Source: Macrostomum lignano (Eukaryota). From it: 64,000 nt of DNA. The first letter of the stretch is position 1, and the number at the start of each line of letters is the position of its first letter. Shown here piece by piece: positions 51,601 to 61,700 of this stretch. Where the stretch lies: contig NIVC01002048.1 of assembly GCA_002269645.1 (NCBI GenBank), positions 1 through 64,000 of the forward strand. The letters run 5' to 3'. Both the position numbers and the translations under genes were made by a program. The notes beneath the pieces are model-generated. The model ran no database searches, was not told the DNA's origin, and worked only from the letters and a program-made list of their open reading frames with translations.

Positions 51601-53805
51601 GTGTCTATTCCCCATTCTCTATCCGTGTCTATTCCCCATTCTCTATCCGTGTCTATTCCCCATTCTCTATCCGTGTCTGTTCCCCATTCTCTATCCATGT
51701 CTATTCCCCATTCTCTATCCGTGTCTGTTCCCCATTCTCTATCCGTGTCTATTCCCCATTCTCTATCCGTGTCTATTCTCCATTCTCTATCCGTGTCTAT
51801 TTCCATTCTCTATCCGTGTCTATTCCCCATTCTCTATCCGTGTCTATTCCCCATTCTCTATCCGTGTCTATTCCCCATTCTCTATCCGTGTCTATTCTCC
51901 ATTCTCTATCCGTGTCTATTCCCCATTCTCTATCCGTGTCTATTCCCCATTCTCTATCCGTGTCTATTCCCCATTCTCTATCCGTGTCTATTCCTCATTC
52001 TCTATCCGTGTCTATTCCCCATTCTCTATCCGTGTCTATTCCCCATTCTCTATCCGTGTCTATTCCCCATTCTCTATCCGTGTCTGTTCCCCATTCTCTA
52101 TCCGTGTCTATTCCCCATTCTCTATCCGTGTCTATTCCCCATTCTCTATCCATGTCTATTCTCCATTCTCTATCCGTGTCTATTCCCCATTCTCTATCCG
52201 TGTCTATTCCCCATTCTCTATCCGTGTCTATTCCCCATTCTCTATCCGTGTCTATTCCCCATTCTCTATCCGTGTCTATTCTCCATTCTCTATCCGTGTC
52301 TATTCCCCATTCTCTATCCGTGTCTATTCCCCATTCTCTATCCGTGTCTATTCCCCATTCTCTATCCGTGTCTATTCCCCATTCTCTATCCGTGTCTATT
52401 CCCCATTCTCTATCCGTGTCTATTCCCCATTCTCTATCCGTGTCTATTCCCCATTCTCTATCCGTGTCTATTCCCCATTCTCTATCCATGTCTATTCTCC
52501 ATTCTCTATCCGTGTCTATTCCCCATTCTCTATCCGTGTCTATTCCCCATTCTTTATCCGTGTCTATTCCCCATTCTCTATCCGTGTCTATTCCCCATTC
52601 TCTATCCGTGTCTATTCTCCATTCTCTATCCGTGTCTATTCCCCATTCTCTATCCATGTCTATTCCCCATTCTCTATCCGTGTCTATTCCCCATTCTCTA
52701 TCCGTGTCTATTTCTCATTCTCTATCCGTGTCTATTCCCCATTCTCTATCCGTGTCTATTCCCCATTCTCTATCCGTGTCTATTCCCCATTCTCTATCCG
52801 TGTCTATTCCCCATTCTCTATCCGTGTCTATTCCCCATTCTCTATCCGTGTCTATTCCCCATTCTCTATCCGTGTCAATCCCCATTCTCTATCCGTGTCT
52901 ATTCCCCATTCTCTATCCGTGTCTATTCCCCATTCTCTATCCGTGTCTATTCCCCATTCTCTATCCGTGTCTATTCCCCATTCTCTATCCGTGTCTATTC
53001 CCCATTCTCTATCCGTGTCTATTCCCCATTCTCTATCCGTGTCTATTCCCCATTCTCTATCCGTGTCTATTACTCATTCTCTATCCGTGTCTATTCCCCA
53101 TTCTCTATCCGTGTCTATTCCCCATTCTCTATCCGTGTCTATTCCCCATTATCTATCCGTGTCTATTCCCCATTCTCTATCCGTGTCTATTCCCCATTCT
53201 CTATCCGTGTCAATCCCCATTCTCTATCCGTGTCTATTCCCCATTCTCTATCCGTGTCTATTCCCCATTCTCTATCCGTGTCTATTCCCCATTCTCTATC
53301 CGTGTCTATTCCCCATTCTCTATCCGTGTCTATTCCCCATTCTCTATCCGTGTCTATTCCCCATTCTCTATCCGTGTCTATTACTCATTCTCTATCCGTG
53401 TCTATTCCCCATTCTCTATCCGTGTCTATTCCCCATTCTCTATCCGTGTCTATTACTCATTCTCTATCCGTGTCTATTCCCCATTCTCTATCCGTGTCTA
53501 TTCCCCATTCTCTATCCGTGTCTATTCCCCATTCTCTATCCGTGTCTAGTACTCATTCTCTATCCGTGTCTATTCCCCATTCTCTATCCGTGTCTATTCC
53601 CCATTCTCTATCCGTGTCTATTCCCCATTCTCTATCCGTGTCTATTACTCATTCTCTATCCGTGTCTATTCCCCATTCTCTATCCGTGTCTATTCCCCAT
53701 TCTCTATCCGTGTCTATTCCCCATTCTCTATCCGTGTCTATTCCCCATTCTCTATCCGTGTCTATTCCCCATTCTCTATCCGTGTCTATTCCCCATTCTC
53801 TATCA
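48620..53805. repeat. 24-bp satellite, about 5.2 kb
   Basis: TCTCTATCCGTGTCTATTCCCCAT; explains the 1761-aa and 1754-aa ORFs. Confidence 0.98.
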
Positions 53806-54387
53806 GGTCCTCCCTTATCAATTTCAATCTATTCCTACATCTAATCCACAGATTATCACTTCTTGATAGCCTAAAACGAGAAACATCTATCCTTCACAGT
53901 GAGCAATTAACAAATTCCCACCTCTTTCGATATCATTTTTTAGCTACAAGACTGAAAATTCACACAGCACACAGCTTCACACAAACCCCCGTTATCAAAC
54001 CATTTCAAAGCTAAGAATTGAACAGTTAATAATGTCACAAAGACCAGCGTGACTTCTTAGAAAATCTGGCCTTGATTTAATCTCGGCATTCAAACCCATG
54101 GATTCTAATCTGGCATGGAGACTTGATGCTCGGAGATTATCCACTGTCATCACGCCACGCGATCTGCTATCAGATTTTGACTGAGCTTCAAAGCTTCTTA
54201 AAATAATTCTTTTTCACTTCTTAGATATGGCGTCACGCAAAGTACAGCAAGTGCGCAGCAATATTTCCTGAGGCTATTCGCACCGTCTTGTGCAATGCTG
54301 CATTCAATTTTCGCATAGTTACTAAATTAAATTACTAGGTGTGAAAGAGGCTCTGCATAATGCAATGTGTTGACGGACTATAAGTTA

Positions 54388-54925
54388 CCGGATGTGATGG
54401 ATTGCTAGTCTAGCCAATGGATTAACGGATATGATGGATTGCTAGCCTAGCCAATGGATTAACGGATATGATGGATTGCTAGCCTAGCCAATGGATTAAC
54501 GGATATGATGGATTGCTAGTCTAGCCAATGGATTAACGGATATGATGGATTGCTAGTCTAGCCAATGGATTAACGGATATGATGGATTGCTAGCCTAGCC
54601 AATGGATTAACTGATGTGATGGATTGCTAGTCTAGCCAATGGATTAACAGATATGATGGATTGTTAGCCTAGTCAATGGATTAACTGATGTAATGGATTG
54701 CTAGCCTAGTCAATGGATTAACTGATGTGATGGATTGCTAGCCTAGCCAATGGATTAACTGATGTGATGGATTGCTAGTCTAGCCAATGATTAACAGATA
54801 TGATGGATTGCTAGCCTAGTCAATGGATTAACTGATGTAATGGATTGCTAGCCTAGTCAATGGATTAACTGATGTGATGGATTGCTAGTCTAGCCAATGA
54901 TTAACGGATATGATGGATTGCTAGA
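54388..54925. repeat. 37-bp minisatellite
   Basis: ATTAACGGATATGATGGATTGCTAGCCTAGCCAATGG. Confidence 0.93.
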
Positions 54926-55326
54926 CTAGCATACACGGATGTGGGAATGGAATGGATTGCTAGCCTAGCCTAGATGTATAAAGTAATAGAATTGATTAAG
55001 TGTATAACTGATATGGTGGATAGCTAATCCAGGTGATAGATTACAGATAACAGAGCGCTAAACAGTTCTACAGGTATTTTAAAAACAATGCTCACGAAAC
55101 TTTGTAATAATCTAAACTTAACCTAAACGTTAGCAATCGCTTTTCTAGGAAACAGCAAAGCCGGGCCAGCAGCAACTCAATACGCTTGTAGCAATCCAGA
55201 AATGACAAAGAAATGCAAAATCAACTAACTTTAAATTTTATAAAATTCTTTAACGCGCTAATTATGCTACTAACACAAAACTATTCAGTAGTAGGCAGCA
55301 ACAAAAGATAGCATAGTAGACGGCAG

Positions 55327-55794
55327 TTAAACGCAAAACTCTCTAGCAGCAAGCCAGGATCTGCTGTCCTCCAACAGTCGCTGCTGCTGAGCAGCCGCGG
55401 TCGCGGCACCATCCAGCCCCGAGCCGCCGCCGTCCGAGAAGGTCGACTGGCTGTCCGTTGAATAACTCGACGCCGCCGATAAGCGAAGCCGACCGCGTCG
55501 ACTTACCGACGCGGCGACGTCCAACGAGCGACTTCGACGCCGGTGCCGACGTCGGCTGATCAGGGCGGAGGCGGGCGACTCCTCAGCGGTGGCGGCCGTC
55601 CAAAAGTGCTGCAGCTGCTGGTACTGATGAGGCGTCTCCGGAGGCTGCCTGGAGCTGTGGACCAGAGCCGGGGCTTGCGGCTGGTGCCATTGTTGAAGAG
55701 CGAATCGTTGGTTAAGCGGTGAGCAGGGGTACGACCGCTGGCGGGGTGACAGGCTGACGGCAACGTGTTGAGTTCCCGACTGATTGCGGGTGGC
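55327..55794 (-). CDS. Ig membrane protein terminal exon (cytoplasmic tail)
   Basis: TATCAG acceptor, phase 0; 156 codons, open to TAA at 55327; GC-rich. Confidence 0.65.
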   Translation of the reverse strand, partial: ATRNQSGTQHVAVSLSPRQRSYPCSPLNQRFALQQWHQPQAPALVHSSRQPPETPHQYQQLQHFWTAATAEESPASALISRRRHRRRSRSLDVAASVSRRGRLRLSAASSYSTDSQSTFSDGGGSGLDGAATAAAQQQRLLEDSRSWLAAREFCV

Positions 55795-58700
55795 CTGATA
55801 TTGGGGCGTGTATGAGAGTGACTAGATGTGATAGAGAGTGACTAGATGTGATAGAGAGTGACTAGATGTGATAGAGAGTGACTAGATGTGATAGAGAGTG
55901 ACTAGATGTGATAGAGAGTGACTAGATGTGATAGAGAGTGACTAGATGTGATAGAGAGTGACTAGATGTGATAGAGAGTGACTAGATGTGATAGAGAGTG
56001 ACTAGATGTGATAGAGAGTGACTAGATGTGATAGAGAGTGACTAGATGTGATAGAGAGTGACTAGATGTGATAGAGAGTGACTAGATGTGTACGAATTAA
56101 TGATTAGACATAGTAGAGCTCTAGTAGACATCTAGAGTGACTAGATGTTGTAGAGAGTATATTGTAACTAGATGTAGTAGAAAGGGACTAGATGTGGTAG
56201 AGAGAGAAAAGTGACACTTCAGAGTGAAATGTGACACTTTAGAGTGAAATGTGACACTTCAGTGAAATGTGACACTTTAGAGTGAAATGTGACACTTCAG
56301 AGTGAAATGTGACACTTCAGAGTGAAATGTGACACTTCAGAGTAAAATGTGACACTTCAGAGTGAAATGTGACACTTCAGAGTGAAATGTGACACTTTAG
56401 AGTGAAATGTGACACTTTAGAGTGAAATGTGACACTTTAGAGTGAAATGTGACACTTTAGAGTGAAATGTGACACTTCAGTGAAATGTGAAACTTTAGAG
56501 TGAAATGTGACACTTTAAAGTGAAATGTGACACTTCAGTGAAATGTGAAACTTTAGAGTGAAATGTGACACTTTAAAGGGAAATGTGACACTTCAGTGAA
56601 ATGTGAAACTTTAGAGTGAAATGTGACACTTTAAAGTGAAATGTGACACTTCAGTGAAATGTGACACTTTAGAGTGAAATTTGACACTTTAGAGTAAAAT
56701 GTGACACTTCAGAGTGAAATGTGACACTTTAGAGTGAAATTTGACACTTTAGAGTAAAATGTGACACTTCAGAGTGAAATGTGACACTTTAGAGTGAAAT
56801 TTGACACTTTAGAGTAAAATGTGATACTTCAGAGTGAAATGTACACTTATATAAGCTTTAAAAATGCTCCATAGTGACCAGACAGTCTGAAAACTCACCA
56901 CCATATCGTACACGGTGGTTGTCATGGCAACGGGCAGCTCAGCTGCCGCTTCAGTCGTGGATGAATTCGAATTCTTTTCAATGCAATGCCGTCGGCGCCG
57001 CTGTTGAATTTGGCGCCAGCAGACGGCGCCAGTCAGCGCCAGCGAGAGCGCCAGAACGCAGGCGCAGCCGCAGGCAAGAATCAGCTGGCGCCAGGCGGGC
57101 CTGACAAACTCGGCGAAGGTCTGGCGCAGATCGGCCGACCCGGACAGCGGGCACAGCGAAGCAGCCTCCGGACAGGCGTCCGTTATCAAGGGGCTGCGTT
57201 CAACCTCGCCGGAGGCCTGGCAGTGTCGACGCAGCTCCAGGCAGAAACCAGTGAAGCAGGTGGCCTCCAGCGGCGGCGGACGGCACCGACGGCCGAGGCG
57301 AAGGTGGACGGTGGCGGAGACGGCGCCTGTTGAACGGCGAAGCTCGGCTCTGCAGGTGTAGCGCCCGGCGAACAGGGGGCTCATGCTGGTCACCTGAAGG
57401 CGGCTGGCGTGATAAGCGGGCCTGAATGCCATGCCAGGTACGGGCGTGTCCAGCGGCTCCGCGGCTCTGATGGGTTGGGTAGATTTGGGGGGTTGTTGAG
57501 TACATTCAGGAGTTGTTGATTGTGTAGATTTTGGGAGAATTTAGTTGGATCCATTGGGGGTTGTTGATTGGGTAGATTGGGTCGTTGGTTGGGTAGATCG
57601 GGGATTGATTGGGTAGATCGGGAGTTGTTGTTTGGGTACATCGGGAGTTGTTGTTTGGGTAGATCGGGGGTTGTTGTTTGGGTAGATCGGGGGTTGTTGT
57701 TTGGGTAGATCGGGGGTTGTTGTTTGGGTAGATCGGGGGTTGTTGTTTGGGTAGATCGGGGGTTGTTGTTTGGGTAGATCGGGGGTTGTTGTTTGGGTAG
57801 ATCGGGGGTTGTTGTTTGGGTAGATCGGGGGTTGTTGTTTGGGTAGATCGGGGGTTGTTGTTTGGGTAGATCGGGGGTTGTTGGTTGGGTAGGTTGTGTT
57901 TTTAGTTTTACTAGAACGATAAGGCTGCTCTATTCATTAGCTCGAGTCTGAAGGCTTTTTTGAGAATACAATTGAAAGATTTGTTGAACATATTCCACAA
58001 GGTCGCTGTGTCCCGGTAATTTTTTCACTGGATGCAAATGAATGAAATCTAAAGAACAAAGTTCAAATGCTTCCAAGCCATATTCGTGGATATGATGGTA
58101 CTGGCAAAGTAGATTATTGAACAGGCCAACTACTTTATTGCTCTGGCATTGTAAAAATTCCGCAAATAGGAAGGGACTTAGAAAAGATCCCAAAATTTTT
58201 CGAATCCGCATGCACGCAGCTCTGGCAGAAGGAGTCAGAGATCACCCGAAGTCCACCCCCCAGCCAGAAACCCGAAAGAGTATACTGGTAAATATTTCTT
58301 CTTTCATTTTTCGCAACGCGCGAACCGGTCTGGAAAAATGCTGCTTTTGAAAAGAAACCGCCGCTGTTAGAAGAGGGAGAATCGGGATGGAAAACTCGCG
58401 CCCGAACCAAACACGAATCTGGGCCATGAATAAGAAAACACAGCGGCTCTTCTGCAGCAGCATTTCTCGCATTTCCTGGAAGCAAGACTGAAGGGGGGGG
58501 GCTGACAATGCGCGGCTCGTTGACGGCACCACGGCCTGGCGGATGTGACGAATGACACGCGCGGCACAACACTGGCTGTTCCTTGTCTACCAAGTCAGAG
58601 GCGCGAGTCTGTATCTAGTCGAACTGAAGGTAAAGCTTACAGACTTGCTAGATTGATATTGCATGCGATTTTCGAGTCATTTACTATGAATGGATGTTTG

Positions 58701-61700
58701 TGGGTACCTCTGTATTGCTGTAGGAGTCGGTGATTTTAAAGGGTGCAGGGAGTGAGGTGGCTGCAGTAGGGGTTGAGGGGTAAGGAGGTGCAGGGAGTGA
58801 GATGCCTGCGGCAGGGGGTTGAGGGTTAAGGAGGGGCAGGGAGTGAGGTGGCTGCGATAGTGCGGTAGGGGGTCCAAGGGTTAGAAGGGGCGGGGAGTGA
58901 GGTGGCTGCAGTAGGGGTTGAGGGGTTATGAGGAACGGGGACTGAGGTGGCGGCGGTAGTGCGGTAGGGGGTCCAGGGGTTAGGAAGGGCAGGAGGTGAG
59001 GTAGCTGAGATAGGGGTTCAGGGGTTAGGAGGGGGTAGGAGTTGAGGTGGCTAAGATAGGGGTTCAGGGGTTAGGGGGGTAGGAGTTGAGGTGGCTGAGA
59101 TAGGGGTTCAGGGGTTAGGAGGGGGTAGGAGTTGAGGTGGCTGAGATAAGGGGTTCAGGGGTTAGGGGGGGGCAGGAGGTGATGTGGCTGAGATAGGGGT
59201 TCAGGGGTAAGGAGGGTTTGGAAGGTCAGGGAAAGAATCAGTGTGATTGAGTTAAAATTTCAGAAAATGGTACTACAGCTCCTCAGTCTCACCCTCGAAA
59301 CGTCCAGGTGAGAGAGTCCAGATCCACCAAGCTGATGTTGGTCACAATGCACATTAGCTGCACCGCCGCGCCAGCTCTGCTGTACAGGACTCCGCTCGGC
59401 TGCAGTTCGAGTAGAGGCTGATGAGCTTGCTGCAGCATTCTGCTTTCAACTGTTCCAGTAAGTCTGCTGCTTGTTTTGGATGCTGTACCATCTGCATTGG
59501 GCAGTAGTTATAGCTGCCTTCCCTATTTAGGCTACCTTATCACAGGGGGAGACGTTTCCATGGCTCAGTTTCCATGCCGGACCAATCCGAGTGTCGCTGA
59601 GTGGAAAGTGGAAAGATGAATTCAAAAAACTCGTCGCTGCTAAACTTTTTTTTGGATTCGAACGCAATAAAAACACGGCCAGCAGCACGGCTTGCAAGTG
59701 TTAATATTCTGTCTATTAAAATGCAGCCCAGCCACAGATAGGCGAGAGGTGTGAAGATAATAATCTGTCAATCACGGCGCCCGTGCCTGCCCAACTGCAG
59801 CCGAGGGATTTGGGATGAATCCTACAGTGGAGGGGGGGGGGCTGCAGAGCCGCACCGGACATTGAGGGATTCCACTCAGACAAACAGAGATCCCAGAATA
59901 ATTTGCAAGGATTTTGTAGAGTACAAAGTTGGATAAAGGTTTTCATCCAAGCTGCCCAGATGATGAGGAACAGAAAAGATCAGAAAAAATATTTAACATT
60001 TGTAAATTCCCAGTTGTCTTTTCACGCATTTTTATTGATTTATTGATTTAAAGACTTATTTAATTAGTCCGAACACGCAGTGATTCAACATTAACATTAC
60101 CGATACGAAATACGAGAAAAAATCAATCGAGCTGCGCATGGCTTGAGTAGAAAGCAATATTTGAGCTTAGAAAAAGACAATAAATAGAATGTTTGCATAT
60201 TATATTAAATATAGCGGGTACTAACTATGCCTTGCAATTAGGCATGAAGAAAATCATCCGAGTATATTATGATGCCGTCTTTGTTTCATTGCAATATCGA
60301 TTTTTTAGGTAAATTCAGAGATCTAGGAGTGAGATGGCTGCAGTAGGGGTTTGAGGGTTTAGGAGGAACAGGGAGTGAGGTGGCTGCAGTAAGGGGTTAC
60401 GGGGTTAGGAGGGGCAGGGAGTGAGGTGGCTGCAGTAAGGGGTTACGGGGTTAAGAGGGGCAGGGAGTGAGGTGGCTGCAGTAAGGGGTTACGGGGTTAG
60501 GAGGGACAGGGAGTGAGGTGGCTGCAGTAAGGGGTCGAGGGGTTAGGAGAAGCAGGGAGTGAGGTGGCTGCAGGATTAGTGAGGGGTGGCAGCAAAGTTG
60601 GGGTTAGACACTCTTATCAGTCTCCAAACAATAATAATGGTTTTCATTTCCGATTCAATTCTGCAAACCGCGCGCAGCCCCTAAGTCCTGGCCCTGGATG
60701 AGCCGCATCAGCTCCCAGTGGGAAAAGTTGGTCAGCAGTTCTGGCCGCGGCAGGACGGCCGTCAGTCCGGCGGCGAAGTGTCTTGCCGTAGCAAGCAGCA
60801 GCTGGCGAACCCGACGGCCGCAGGCGAGGCGCAGGAACTCGGCCAAAGTGTCCGGTGTCACCGCCTCTGTGTCGCCGTCCGGCCGGAGTGGCGGCCCACA
60901 GCCGGACGGGTCGGCGAAGGTTGTCGCCGAACTGCTCAGAAGTTCGGGCAGTCCGCCCTCCTCACTGGCCGAGCTGAGAGCGGACAGGCGGCTGGAGGTG
61001 GACAGAAAGTTGCATTCTTTGCTTCACTTTTTTGAGTGTCAGGATTTTGAGATGAATTTCAGGTAAGGAGCGACCATTTTAGTTGTCAGGGGCGACTGTT
61101 TTAGGGTGTCAGGGGCGACAATTCTGAGGTGTCAAGGGCGACCATTCTGAGGTGTCAAGGGTGACCATTTCGGGGTGTCAGGGGCGACAATTCTAAGGCG
61201 TCAGGGGCGACAATTCTGAAGTGTCAGGGGCGACAATTCTGAGGTAATTCTGAGTGAGATTCAGCACCTGACGAAGTGATTGCAACTGCTGCTGGCAGCC
61301 AGATATACACTCGTCTGGACCTAGAGAAAGCTCATCACCAGATCCCACTAGATGAAGCTTCCAAAGAGCTGACAGTAATGTCAACACCATTTGGGATGTT
61401 CGCTTTCAACAAGCTTCCGTTCGGAGTGAAAACAGCACCTGCGATCTTCCAGCGGTACATTAGCCAAGTCCTACAAGGAATTCCTGGCGTCATTGCCTAC
61501 GTAGACGACATATTGATATGCGGCAAAGGCGTAGAACAATTGGCAGTTCGCGAGACGGAAGTATTGCATCGACTAAACCAGCAAGGATTGAAGATCAACA
61601 CGGCGAAAAGTGAATTCCGCAAGACTTCGATCAAGTTTCTAGGCTACTTATTGGAAGGAGATCAGCTCAAGCCGGACCCAGCCAAAGTGAAGGCAATCCA

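Noticed and set aside
48559-53866. 1761-aa, 1754-aa and 832-aa ORFs and the DTDREWGI minus-strand ORFs
   Set aside because: Translations of a stop-free 24-bp satellite; frames swap at single-base indels, and there is no unique sequence.
57930-58733. Short overlapping ORFs in the Ig-gene intron
   Set aside because: No recognisable domain; not needed for frame continuity between the 59293 and 57466 exons.
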